Positions 38,031 to 47,693 are shown, counted from the first letter of the stretch. The stretch is 64,000 bases of DNA from Hydrocarboniphaga sp. (GCF_028291725.1 NZ_JAQGNT010000062.1:2966-66965), one strand, 5' to 3'. Notes: generated by a model not told the origin, from the sequence alone. A program made the numbers and translations.

Positions 38031-38960
38031 ATGACCACCATCCTGCAATCTCTGAGTCAGCATGAACAGCTCAATTTCCTGCTGACGAATCGAATTCCGC
38101 GACGCGCCCTGACCCAGTTCATGGGCTGGTACAGCCGTATCGAGAATCGCTCGCTGACGCGTGCGTCCTTGCGCCTGTGGCGGACGTTTGCCGCGGACCT
38201 GGATTTGGAGGAAGCCGAGCAGCGCGAATTTGCGAGCCTGCACGACTGCTTCACCCGGCGCCTGAAGCCAGGCGCCCGTACCATCGATGCGCGAGCGGAT
38301 ATCGTTGTAAGCCCCTGCGATGCCATCGTCGGAGAATGCGGCAGCATCGACGGAACCCGGGTGTTTCAGGCCAAGGGCTTCCCCTATGAACTCGGCGAGC
38401 TGATGCCCGATACCGGGCTGCAAGAGCGGTATCGCAACGGCCGCTACGTCACGCTGCGGCTGAAATCCAGCATGTATCACCGCTTTCATGCGCCGGTGGC
38501 GTGCACAGTCGACGACATCACTTACATCTCGGGCGACACCTGGAACGTCAATCCCGTCGCCCTCAGGCGCATCGAAAAGCTCTACTGCCGCAACGAGCGC
38601 GCGGTGGTTCCGCTCAGCCAGTTGGCGACAGCCGGCAGCGTGTGCTTAGTTCCGGTTGCCGCGATTCTGGTGGCCAGTATGAAGTTCCACTGCCTGCCCG
38701 ACGATCTCGATTTGCACTACCAGGGCCCGAACCGCATCCGCTGTTCCGCGCGCTACAAAAAGGGCGAAGAAATGGGCTATTTCCAGCATGGTTCGACGAT
38801 CATCGTGTTCGCAACTTCAAACTACCTGCTGTCGGCGGGCGTATGCCAGGGCCAGACCATTCGCATGGGCCAGGCGCTGCTGACCGACACAGCCGCCGCC
38901 GCGCAGCAGCGGGCATCGAACCATTCAGAAGAATCGCCCAGCCGTGAAACGCTGGACTGA
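38031..38960 (+). CDS. Phosphatidylserine decarboxylase-family pyruvoyl-dependent decarboxylase proenzyme
   Basis: LLTNRIPRRALTQFMGWY N-terminus, FTRRLKPGARTID, and self-cleavage motif GYFQHGSTIIVF (GST). Starts 3 nt after the previous stop. Confidence 0.85.
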   Translation: MTTILQSLSQHEQLNFLLTNRIPRRALTQFMGWYSRIENRSLTRASLRLWRTFAADLDLEEAEQREFASLHDCFTRRLKPGARTIDARADIVVSPCDAIVGECGSIDGTRVFQAKGFPYELGELMPDTGLQERYRNGRYVTLRLKSSMYHRFHAPVACTVDDITYISGDTWNVNPVALRRIEKLYCRNERAVVPLSQLATAGSVCLVPVAAILVASMKFHCLPDDLDLHYQGPNRIRCSARYKKGEEMGYFQHGSTIIVFATSNYLLSAGVCQGQTIRMGQALLTDTAAAAQQRASNHSEESPSRETLD

Positions 38961-38994
38961 ACGCGCACCTCGCCATCATCATCCGGAGCCTGCC

Positions 38995-39609
38995 ATGACC
39001 TTTCTCGAAGAGCTGCACCAGCAACGCTGGGACGACCACCGCTACTACCATCACAGCCGGATCAACCAGACCCTGCATCTGGTCAGCGCCAGCTGCTTTC
39101 TGGTCAGTTACGTGCTGCTGTTCATCAACCCGGTACTGGCCGTCATGGTGGGCTGGTTGCTGGCGATGATCCTGCGCCAGATCGGCCACTTCTTCTTCGA
39201 GCCCAAAACCTACGACGAGGTCAACCACGCCAGCCATCAGTTCAAGGAGAGCGTGAAAGTCGGCTACAACCTGCAGCGCAAGATCGTGCTGCTGAGCATC
39301 TGGATTCTGGTGCCGATGGTGCTCTATGCCGAGCCCTCGTTCTTCGGATTCTTCGATTCGGCAGAAATAAATCGCGGACTGGTCTACAACACCTCGGTGC
39401 TATGGCTAATCGTCGGCATCGGCGCGGTGCTGTTTCGCACGGTCCAGCTGTTTTTCCTGAAGGGCGTGCAATCCGGTTTGGTGTGGTGCACGAAAATTCT
39501 CACCGACCCTTTCCACGACATCAAGATCTACCATCGCGCGCCGTATTTCATCGCCAAGGGCGCGATGTACGACGATATGAAGGAATGGTATTCCGAGCGT
39601 CCGGTCTAA
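38995..39609 (+). CDS. DUF962/Mpo1-like membrane protein
   Basis: YYHHSRINQTLHLVSASCFLV...LRQIGHFFFEPK resembles the H..N...H / GH.fFE motifs of the DUF962 family. GGAG RBS 7 nt upstream. Confidence 0.6.
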   Translation: MTFLEELHQQRWDDHRYYHHSRINQTLHLVSASCFLVSYVLLFINPVLAVMVGWLLAMILRQIGHFFFEPKTYDEVNHASHQFKESVKVGYNLQRKIVLLSIWILVPMVLYAEPSFFGFFDSAEINRGLVYNTSVLWLIVGIGAVLFRTVQLFFLKGVQSGLVWCTKILTDPFHDIKIYHRAPYFIAKGAMYDDMKEWYSERPV

Positions 39610-39656
39610 GATGTACTTGCCAGCGTCTCGATCCAGGTGCGCCGATCAATAGCGCG

Positions 39657-40163
39657 ATGACGACGCTGGTGATGCTGCCCGGTCTGGACGGAACCGAGGT
39701 CACCGCGACCATCCTGTGTGCCTCATTCGTCACAGCGCCGCATCCCGGACTGATCCCTTTCCGCGGCGTGCTTCGGTCGCCGCTGGTGGCCGTCGTTCGC
39801 GCGATACGACGCAGCCGCCTGCTGATCCCGGGTTATGCCAGCAAGGAATTGCGCCAGGCCAAGGCCAGGACCTGGAGACGTGTGGGCTCCACGGCGCTCG
39901 CGGCACGCTCAAGGGCGGTACTGCAGGTCGATGCTCGGCCGCAGCTGCAGTCGTGCCGTGCTCCACTGCTGTATCTGGTATCGACACACGACGAAGTGGT
40001 AGGCCGGTCCAGCCTGGATCAGATCCGGACGCTCGCCCCGCAGGCGCGGGTCGAGCAGATCGAGGGCAAGCATCTCGCACTCTTCACTCACCCGCGTACC
40101 GCGGCCGCCAGCATCACGGGGTTCTTGTCGGGTCGGGACGAGACCTGCGGAGCGCCCGCATGA
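39657..40163 (+). pseudogene. Degenerate alpha/beta hydrolase (N- and C-terminal ends retained, nucleophile region missing)
   Basis: It starts TLVMLPGLDGTE and ends PLLYLVSTHDEVV...IEGKHLALFTHPRTAAASITGFL, the typical acid and His region. No GxSxG elbow. Total 168 aa against about 230-260 expected. Confidence 0.45.
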
Positions 40164-40696
40164 ATGACCCGCTGAATCTCGAGCTGCAGCCTCGCCTCCA
40201 CGGCGAAACGATCTCCCTGGCTCCCCTGCGAGCCGACGATTTCGAAGCCCTGTACGCAGTGGCTTCAGACCCGCTGATCTGGGAGCAGCATCCCGATCCG
40301 CTGCGGTATCAGAGGCCGGTATTCGAACAATTCTTCTCCGATGCGCTCGCGTCCGGCGGCGCGCTGGTCATTGTCGACACGGCGTCGGGTCGGGTCATCG
40401 GCTCGTCCCGCTACTACGAATGGATGCCGGCGGATCGGGAGATCGCGATTGGCTATACCTTTCTGGCCCGGAGCCATTGGGGCGGGCGAACCAACCTTGA
40501 GGCGAAGTGGCTGATGATCCGTCACGCATTCCGTCGCGCAGAAATCGTCTGGTTTCACGTCGGCAAGAACAACTGGCGTTCGCGCATGGCCATGAAGAAG
40601 ATCGGTGGAGTCTTCTCCCATGAGGCACCCAAGGAGTTGAATGGCCGTGTGCGGGACTATGTCTTCTTCAAAATCGAGGCGCCGCTGGAACTATAG
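40160..40696 (+). CDS. GNAT family N-acetyltransferase (RimJ/RimL-like)
   Basis: ISLAPLRADDFEALYAVASDPLIWEQH...EIAIGYTFLARSHWGGRTNLEAKWLMIRHAF. ATGA overlap with the upstream ORF. Confidence 0.85.
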   Translation: MNDPLNLELQPRLHGETISLAPLRADDFEALYAVASDPLIWEQHPDPLRYQRPVFEQFFSDALASGGALVIVDTASGRVIGSSRYYEWMPADREIAIGYTFLARSHWGGRTNLEAKWLMIRHAFRRAEIVWFHVGKNNWRSRMAMKKIGGVFSHEAPKELNGRVRDYVFFKIEAPLEL

Positions 40697-40699
40697 AGA

Positions 40700-42040
40700 A
40701 TGGCCAAGGTGATCCGAATGCCCGACGGTAGCGCAGCAAAACGAGCCAAACCTCTGAGGGCGATGCTCCGGAGCTTTACGGTACAGAGCAAAGCCGGGTT
40801 TTTACGCATCGATCCCGGGGCGCGTCACGCGCTCAATATTCGTGCAGCACAGCATCGGCCGATGATCGAGCTTTTTTACTTCGATGCCGGTGGCGGGCAT
40901 AGGAGCGCATCGACGGCGCTGCTGCAGGTGATCACGCAGTCCTATCCGCAGTGGCAGGTCACTCTGGTCAATCTGCAGGAGTTGCTTCAGGACATTGATC
41001 CCGTACATCGCCTGTCGAAATTCCAATCTCAGGACGTCTATAACGCCATGCTGAAGCGTGGCTGGACTGGGGCAACAACGGTGATCCTGAGAGCCTTGCA
41101 GCAAGGCATCCGCGCCCTATCGCCCTTGATGGAAATGCAGCTGCGTCGACATTGGCAACAGAGTAAACCCGATCTGGTCGTGTCGCTGATCCCGAATTTC
41201 AACGGGGTGATGTTTCGCGCCTTGCGCGATGTGCTGCCAACAGTTCCCTACATCACCGTGATGACCGATCTGGCCGATTCTCCGCCGCGTTTCTGGCAGG
41301 AAGCCCAGGATCAGTACCTCGTCTGCGGGACCGAAAAGGCAATGCGCCAGGCACGGGCAATCGGCTATCGGCCGAACCGGATCTTCCGCGTGTCCGGCAT
41401 GGTGTTGAAGCCGCAGTTCTATCAAAGCGTCGATCCGTGCGCCGTATTGACACGCCAGGCAATCGGTCTGAATGACGCCCGCCCGGTGGCCCTGATCATG
41501 TTCGGCGGTTACAGCGCGGATACCGCTCTGCAGATCGTCCACACGCTGCGCGACGACCATCCTTCGGTGCAGACGATCGTGATGTGTGGACACAACGAAG
41601 CACTGAGGCGGAAGCTCCAGGGGATCGACGGCTGCCATGCCGTCGGATTCACATCGGACGTGCCGTCCTACCTGCGCCTGGCCGACTTCTTCATTGGCAA
41701 GCCGGGGCCCGGAAGCATCAGCGAGGCACTCCATATCGGACTGCCGGTCATCGTCGAACGAACCCGTAAAACAATGACACAGGAGCGCTACAACACGGTT
41801 TGGATTGAAGAGCAGAAGATCGGCATTGTCGTCACAGGGTTCGACAAAATCAGTTCGGCCGTTGAAAAGATGTTGCGCAGGAATGTTCTGGCCAGGTTTC
41901 GCGCCAATGCGGCAAGGCTCGACAATCAGGCACTGTTCGAAATACCGAGGATATTCGATCAGATCCTCGCGGATCACTCCGCTGCCGCGCACGCCGTCGC
42001 AGTGAGCGCGGCCATCAGGCCCCGTGTCGAGGCCGGTTAG
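40700..42040 (+). CDS. MGDG-synthase-like (GT28 family) diacylglycerol glycosyltransferase
   Basis: ELFYFDAGGGHRSASTALLQVI (MGDG_synth N-domain) and FIGKPGPGSISEALHIGLPVIV (GT28 C-domain). The start may be 40862 (MIELFYFDAGGGH) instead. Confidence 0.8.
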   Translation: MAKVIRMPDGSAAKRAKPLRAMLRSFTVQSKAGFLRIDPGARHALNIRAAQHRPMIELFYFDAGGGHRSASTALLQVITQSYPQWQVTLVNLQELLQDIDPVHRLSKFQSQDVYNAMLKRGWTGATTVILRALQQGIRALSPLMEMQLRRHWQQSKPDLVVSLIPNFNGVMFRALRDVLPTVPYITVMTDLADSPPRFWQEAQDQYLVCGTEKAMRQARAIGYRPNRIFRVSGMVLKPQFYQSVDPCAVLTRQAIGLNDARPVALIMFGGYSADTALQIVHTLRDDHPSVQTIVMCGHNEALRRKLQGIDGCHAVGFTSDVPSYLRLADFFIGKPGPGSISEALHIGLPVIVERTRKTMTQERYNTVWIEEQKIGIVVTGFDKISSAVEKMLRRNVLARFRANAARLDNQALFEIPRIFDQILADHSAAAHAVAVSAAIRPRVEAG

Positions 42041-42109
42041 ACGCTTGAGAATCGACGCTCGCCGCCAGCGTTGACTGGAGGCAACGAGCACTTACGAGCA
42101 CTCACGACA

Positions 42110-43252
42110 CTACGGTCGCGAATCCAGTTTGTCCGGCAAGTCGCCGGGCGCCGCGTCGATGATGGTGGCATGAAGCAGCTCGCGATTGGCCTCACCCAGT
42201 TTTGGGGCGTCGGCGAGCCGTGGCACTGCGGCGTCGACGAACTTCACCGCGCAGGCCGACGCCGGCCCGCCTGCTGCCCGCTCGACCATGCCGCGCGCGA
42301 CGATCTGCGGGTGGAGCATGGCCTCCTCCGGTTTCAGCACCGCGCACGCACAGCAGTCAGCGGCGCTCAGCAGTGCATCCCAGTGTTCGCGCGTGCGTGT
42401 CTTGAACAGCGCCACCAGTTCGGCCGCGGTGCGCTCCGAACTGCCGTCGGCGACCAGGTCGGGACGCTCGACAGCCGCGCAGAACGCCGCCCAGAACTTG
42501 GGCTCCAGCGCGCCGACCGCGACATGTCCGCCATCGGCGCATTCATAGACCGCGTAGCGTGCCAGGCCGCCGCTGAGCATGTCGTTGCCGCGCGGTCGCG
42601 ACCGGCCGTCATGACGGATCGCGACCATCGCCATCAGGTTCAGCGCGAAGCTGCCGTCGAGCAACGAGGCGTCGACAAAGGCGCCGGTACCGCTGCCGCG
42701 CGCACCTATCACCGCGGCCAGGATCGCCGATGCGCAATGCAGCGCGCCGCCGGCCAGATCGGCTATCGGGATGTTCGACATCGCCGGCGCCTGGCCGGCG
42801 TCGCCGCTCTGGTCGAGCAGGCCGGAAATCGCCTGCGCATTGAGGTCGTGACTGGCCGCATCGCGCAGGGGTCCGTACTGACCGTAGCCGGTCAGCGCCG
42901 CGTAGACCAGCTTTGGATTGCGGCTGCGCAAGGTCTGATAGCCGCAGCCTAGCCGGTCCATCACGCCGGGCCTGAAAGACTCCAGCAGCACGTCGGCGGT
43001 GTCGATCAGGCGCAGGAACGCGGCAAGCCCGTCGGCCCGGCGCAGATCCAGGGTCACCGAGCGTTTGCCGCGATTGACCAGCTCGAACAGCTGCGGCTCC
43101 AGCGAGCGCCCGTAGTCGCCGCCGTCGGGCTCCTCGACCTTGATCACTTCCGCGCCGTACTGCGCCAGCAGCAGCGAGCAGTAAGGGCCGGGCAGCAGCC
43201 GCGACAGATCGATGACGCGGACACCGGCCAGCAGGGAGTTCATCGTGCTCAT
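42110..43252 (-). CDS. CoA-transferase family III (CaiB/BaiF / alpha-methylacyl-CoA racemase-like)
   Basis: LAGVRVIDLSRLLPGPYCSLLLAQYGAEVIKVEEPDGGDYGR, the canonical family III N-terminus. Catalytic Asp region IPIADLAGG. Confidence 0.9.
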   Translation of the reverse strand: MSTMNSLLAGVRVIDLSRLLPGPYCSLLLAQYGAEVIKVEEPDGGDYGRSLEPQLFELVNRGKRSVTLDLRRADGLAAFLRLIDTADVLLESFRPGVMDRLGCGYQTLRSRNPKLVYAALTGYGQYGPLRDAASHDLNAQAISGLLDQSGDAGQAPAMSNIPIADLAGGALHCASAILAAVIGARGSGTGAFVDASLLDGSFALNLMAMVAIRHDGRSRPRGNDMLSGGLARYAVYECADGGHVAVGALEPKFWAAFCAAVERPDLVADGSSERTAAELVALFKTRTREHWDALLSAADCCACAVLKPEEAMLHPQIVARGMVERAAGGPASACAVKFVDAAVPRLADAPKLGEANRELLHATIIDAAPGDLPDKLDSRP

Positions 43253-43263
43253 CGCTTCAGACT

Positions 43264-46200
43264 CTAGTGCTCGACCACCAATGCCGCCGTCGGCGCTTTC
43301 GCGGCGCGGATCTTCGCGTAGTCGCGGCCGATGTACAAATACGCAGCCGGCACGATGTACAGCGTGAACAGCGTGCCGATGAACATACCGGCCGCGATCA
43401 CCAGGCCGATGCAGAACCGCGAAGCCGCACCGGGGCCGGACGCGGACAGCAGCGGCACCATGCCGATCACCAGCGCGGCGGTGGTCATCAGCACCGGTCG
43501 CAGGCGGATCGAGGCGGCCTCCTCGATCGCGTCACGCTTGGCCATGCCCTGCTGCTGCAGCTTGTTGGCGAACTCGACGATCAGGATGCCGTGCTTGGAG
43601 ATCACGCCGATCAGCGTCACCAGACCAACCTCGGTGTAGATGTTCAAGGTCATGCCGGGGAAGTGGGTCAGCTGCATGCCGTTGGTGATCGAGAAGATGT
43701 TGATCAGCAGCAGTGCGCCGCAGATCGACATCGGCACCGTCACCAGCATGATCAAGGGATCGGTGAACGACTCGAACTGCGCGGCCAGCACCAGATAGAT
43801 CACGATCAGTGCGAATGCGAAGGTCAGCAGCAGCGCTGAACCTTCCTGCTTGAACTGGCGCGAGGCACCGGCATAGTCGAGCTGGTAGCCGCTGGGCATG
43901 ATTTCCTGCGCCGTCTTCTCAAGGAATGCCAGCGCATCGCCCTGGGTCACGTCAGGGCGCGGCACCGCAATGATGCTCACCGAATTCAGCTGCTGCGAGT
44001 GCTCGATCGAACGCGGCACGACGCGCTCACTGACTTTGACCAGCGTGGATATCGGCACCAGTTCGCCGCTTGCGGCGCGCGTGTAGAAGCCGTCGATCTG
44101 GCCGGAATCGAGCCGGCCGGCTCGCTGCACCTGTTGGATCACCTTGTACGAGCGGTTGTCGTAGGAGAAGCGGTTGACCTCGCCGCCGGCGAACAGGGCC
44201 GACAGGTCGGCGCTGAGCTGCTGCATGCTCACACCCATCAGCGCGGCCTTGTCGCGGTCGATATCGATAACCGCCTCAGGCCTGTCGATGCGCAGGTTGG
44301 GCGCGGCGTAGAAGAACTTCTTCGAGGCCATCGCGCGGCCGACCACTTCGTCGGCGACGCGCGACATCGCGACCGGATCGGCGGTGGACTTGAGCACGAA
44401 CTCCACCGGATAACCCTGTCCCGGCGTCGGCAGTGCCGGCGGCTGGATGCCGGCGAAGCGCACGCCGGAAATCTCGGCCATTTTCGGCATCAGCCCGGCC
44501 AGCACCTGATCCGTCGGCTTCGGATGCTGCTTCCAGGGCTTCATGATCATGCCCATAAAGCTCTGGTTGGTATTGCCGCCGCTGCCGATCGTGAAGCCGA
44601 AAATACGGTCGATGCTGGGATCGGCCTTGGCAACCTTCTGCACCTCCATGAAGTAGCGGTCCATGTACTCCATCGTCGAGTAGCCATCAGTCTCGATGAT
44701 CGCGAACGCGAACCCGAAGTCCTCCTGCGGCGCCAGCTCGCCGGGCGTAGAAAACGCCAGGGCGAAACAGGACGCAAATACGATCGCCCCGAATACACCG
44801 ATCACGTGCACGGTGTTCAGAGCGCCGTGCAAACGCTGCTTGTAGCCATGGCGCCAGGTCTCGAACTTGCCGTCCAGGTACAGCGCCAGCTTGTTGGGCT
44901 TGACGCCGTCGCCGCCGTGCGTGGAGCGCAACAGCTTGCTGCACATCATCGGCGTCAGTGTCAGCGCGATGACGCCGGAGATGAACACGCTCGCGGCCAG
45001 CGTGAATGCGAACTCCGAGAACAGCTTGCCGGTAATGCCGGTCAGAAAGCCGATCGGCGCGTACACCGACACCAGTGTGATCGTCATCGCGATCACCGGG
45101 CCGACCAGTTCGCGCGCGCCGCGGATGCTGGCGTCCAGCGGCGTCATGCCGTCCTCCATATGCCGGTGGATGTTCTCCATGACGATGATCGCGTCATCGA
45201 CGACCATGCCGATCGCCAGCACCATCGCCAGCAAGGTCAGCAGATTGAAGCTGTAGCCGAGCACCAGCATGAAGAACACGCCGCCCATCAGCGACAGCGG
45301 CACGGTGACCGCCGGGATCATTGAATTACGGATCGAGCCGAGGAACAGGAAGATCACGACGATGACGATGATCATCGCCTCGGCCAGGGTCTTCTGCACT
45401 TCCTTGACGGCGTCGCGCACGTAGTCGGTGCCGTCATACGCGATGCGCGCCTCCAGGCCTTGCGGCAGATTCTGATGCACGCTCGGCCACATGTCCTTCA
45501 CCGCCTGGGTCACTTCGAGCACGTTGGCATCGGGCCGGGCCTTGATACCGATGAACACCGCGCTCTGCAGGTTCCAGGTGGCGCCGCCATCGTAGCTGGA
45601 CGAACCGAGCTGCACGTCGGCGACATCCTTCAGCCGCGTGACCGAAGCGCCGTCGGTCTTGACCACGAGCTGCTCGAAGTCCTCGGGCTTGCGCAGATCG
45701 GTGCGCGCGGAAATGCCGATGCGCACGTCGGCGCCCTTGGTTTCGCCGACTGCCGCAATCACGTTCTGGTTACGGATCTGCGCCGTCACCTCACCCGCGG
45801 TGAGATTGTGCGCAGCGAGCCGGTCACCCCTGAGCCAGACGCGCAGCGCGTAGTCGAAGCCGCCCTGCAGGTCCGCGCGCTGCACGCCGGGTATCGCGGC
45901 CAGCTGCGGCAGCACGATACGCGTCACGTAGTCGTTGATCTGGCTGGCATCCAGCACATCGGAGTAAAACGACAGGTACATCGACGCGGTGCCACCGGCC
46001 TCGGTCAATTCGACCACCGGGTCGTCCGAGGCCTGTGGCAACTGGCTGCGCAGCTTGTTGACCTTGGCCGAAATCTCGGTGATCGCCTCGTTGGGGTTCT
46101 TGTTCAGGCGCAAGTTCGCGGTGATCGTGCTCAGGCCCTGGGCGGAGCTCGACGTCAGGAAGTCGATGCCGTCGGCAGTCGCGATCTCGCGTTCCAGCGG

Positions 46201-46395
46201 GGTAGTGATGAAGCCTTCCATCAACGAGGCGTCGGCGCCCGGATACGCGACCGTCACGTTGACCTGCGCGTTCTGCAGGTACGGATATTCGCGGATTGTC
46301 AAGGTGGTCGCCGCGCGCAGGCCGAGCAGCAGGATCACCAGACTGATAACCGATGCCAGCACCGGCCGCTTGATGAAGATGTCGGTGAAATGCAT
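43264..46395 (-). CDS. RND family efflux transporter permease (AcrB/MexB-like)
   Basis: 1043 aa. MHFTDIFIKRPVLASVISLVILLLG start. 12-TM layout with two large periplasmic loops. VVDDAIIVMENI motif. Confidence 0.95.
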   Translation of the reverse strand: MHFTDIFIKRPVLASVISLVILLLGLRAATTLTIREYPYLQNAQVNVTVAYPGADASLMEGFITTPLEREIATADGIDFLTSSSAQGLSTITANLRLNKNPNEAITEISAKVNKLRSQLPQASDDPVVELTEAGGTASMYLSFYSDVLDASQINDYVTRIVLPQLAAIPGVQRADLQGGFDYALRVWLRGDRLAAHNLTAGEVTAQIRNQNVIAAVGETKGADVRIGISARTDLRKPEDFEQLVVKTDGASVTRLKDVADVQLGSSSYDGGATWNLQSAVFIGIKARPDANVLEVTQAVKDMWPSVHQNLPQGLEARIAYDGTDYVRDAVKEVQKTLAEAMIIVIVVIFLFLGSIRNSMIPAVTVPLSLMGGVFFMLVLGYSFNLLTLLAMVLAIGMVVDDAIIVMENIHRHMEDGMTPLDASIRGARELVGPVIAMTITLVSVYAPIGFLTGITGKLFSEFAFTLAASVFISGVIALTLTPMMCSKLLRSTHGGDGVKPNKLALYLDGKFETWRHGYKQRLHGALNTVHVIGVFGAIVFASCFALAFSTPGELAPQEDFGFAFAIIETDGYSTMEYMDRYFMEVQKVAKADPSIDRIFGFTIGSGGNTNQSFMGMIMKPWKQHPKPTDQVLAGLMPKMAEISGVRFAGIQPPALPTPGQGYPVEFVLKSTADPVAMSRVADEVVGRAMASKKFFYAAPNLRIDRPEAVIDIDRDKAALMGVSMQQLSADLSALFAGGEVNRFSYDNRSYKVIQQVQRAGRLDSGQIDGFYTRAASGELVPISTLVKVSERVVPRSIEHSQQLNSVSIIAVPRPDVTQGDALAFLEKTAQEIMPSGYQLDYAGASRQFKQEGSALLLTFAFALIVIYLVLAAQFESFTDPLIMLVTVPMSICGALLLINIFSITNGMQLTHFPGMTLNIYTEVGLVTLIGVISKHGILIVEFANKLQQQGMAKRDAIEEAASIRLRPVLMTTAALVIGMVPLLSASGPGAASRFCIGLVIAAGMFIGTLFTLYIVPAAYLYIGRDYAKIRAAKAPTAALVVEH

Positions 46396-46396
46396 T

Positions 46397-46478
46397 TCAG
46401 CTCTCCGCCGGCTTCGGGTTCAGATCGAGCTCGGGCTGGATCCAGTTGATGACGATGATCACCGGCTGTTCGTTGCAG
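46397..46478 (-). pseudogene. Relic 3-prime end (26 codons plus stop) of a second MFP gene, still abutting the RND start codon
   Basis: It translates to CNEQPVIIVINWIQPELDLNPKPAES-stop. The true MFP end at 46509-46590 reads LRNEQPVIINNSIQPELQLNPKPAES-stop. TGAaATG junction to the RND gene. Confidence 0.7.
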
Positions 46479-46508
46479 CCGCCCGACAAGGATTTCGGCA
46501 TTCTCATC

Positions 46509-47693
46509 TCAGCTCTCCGCAGGCTTCGGGTTGAGTTGCAGCTCGGGCTGGATCGAGTTGTTGATGATCACGGGCTGTTCGTTGCGCAGCTTCAGCAGGC
46601 CGGAGGTGGCGACCTGCTCACCGGGCTTGAGGCCGTCGATCACCGCAACGAAATCGCCGCGCACTTCGCCGAGTTTGACGAAGCGCTGGATCACGATCAG
46701 ATCGGCAGCCGGCGGCGAGGCCGGGCCGGCAGCGGCCTTCTTTGCGGGCTCGGCAGCATCGCTGCCCGGCGTCGCCGCAGGCTTCTTTTGGACGACGAAA
46801 ACCGCGGTGCCATACGAGCTGTAGCTGATCGCGGTACGCGGCACCACCAGCAGATTGCGCTCGCCCGGCAGCGCCAGCTTGACGCGGCCGAACTGGCCCG
46901 GCGTCAGCTTGCGATCCGGATTGGGCATACGCGCGCGCAGCTTGAAATTGCGCGTCGCCACGTCCACGCGCGGCTCGATCGCCAGCACCGCGCCGTCGAA
47001 TGCATTGCCCGGATACGAGTCGACCGTAACCGCGACCTTGAAGCCCGGCTGCACCACGCCGACGTACTGCTCGGGCAGATCGAAATCGAACTCGATGGGA
47101 TCGACCGACTGCAGCGTGACGATCGCGGTGCCCGGCTGCAGGTACTCGCCAACGGTGACCCGGCGAATGCCGAGCTGGCCGGCGAACGGTGCGCGGATAT
47201 CCTTCTTCGCCAGCAGCGCGGTCTGCGACTGTACCGCCGCTTTGGCGGCGTTGGCTTCGGAGACCGCAGCGTCGTAATCGGACTTGGCAATCGCCTCGAG
47301 TTTGAACAGTTTCTCGCGGCGTACACGGTTGAGTTCGCTCAACTCGGCATTTGCCTTGAGCCGGTTCAGCTCGCCGAGTTCGGAGGCGGAATCCAGAGTC
47401 AGCAGGCGCGCGCCCTTGGCGACTTGTCGCCCCGATTCGAACAGCACCTGGGTGACGATGCCACCGACTTCGGCGGTCACGTCGGCGCCATTGACCGGCA
47501 CCAGCGTGCCGATCGCCTCGAGCTTGTTGTCCCAGGTCATGGCCTGAACCGCGCCGGCCGACACCGTTGCCGCCGGCACCGGCATCGAGTCGACGTACTG
47601 GTTCATCATCTTGGTCATGAAAAGCTTGCCGCCGAACACGGCGCCGAACACCAGCACGCATGCCACCAGCACGATGATCATTCTCTTGGTCAT
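46509..47693 (-). CDS. RND efflux periplasmic adaptor (membrane fusion protein, HlyD/AcrA family)
   Basis: N-terminal anchor, lipoyl/hairpin/beta-barrel pattern (GTLVPVNGADVTAEVGGIVTQV...IRAPFAGQLGIRRVTVGEYLQPG). Confidence 0.9.
   Translation of the reverse strand: MTKRMIIVLVACVLVFGAVFGGKLFMTKMMNQYVDSMPVPAATVSAGAVQAMTWDNKLEAIGTLVPVNGADVTAEVGGIVTQVLFESGRQVAKGARLLTLDSASELGELNRLKANAELSELNRVRREKLFKLEAIAKSDYDAAVSEANAAKAAVQSQTALLAKKDIRAPFAGQLGIRRVTVGEYLQPGTAIVTLQSVDPIEFDFDLPEQYVGVVQPGFKVAVTVDSYPGNAFDGAVLAIEPRVDVATRNFKLRARMPNPDRKLTPGQFGRVKLALPGERNLLVVPRTAISYSSYGTAVFVVQKKPAATPGSDAAEPAKKAAAGPASPPAADLIVIQRFVKLGEVRGDFVAVIDGLKPGEQVATSGLLKLRNEQPVIINNSIQPELQLNPKPAES

Noticed and set aside
43267-47661. Multiple + and - strand ORFs overlapping the RND and MFP genes (e.g. 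43999..45324, 45460..46449, 46446..47756, 46618..47661)
   Set aside because: These are antisense or out-of-frame shadows of genes with strong RND and MFP signatures. All are Arg/His/Asp/Gly-rich and lack motifs.
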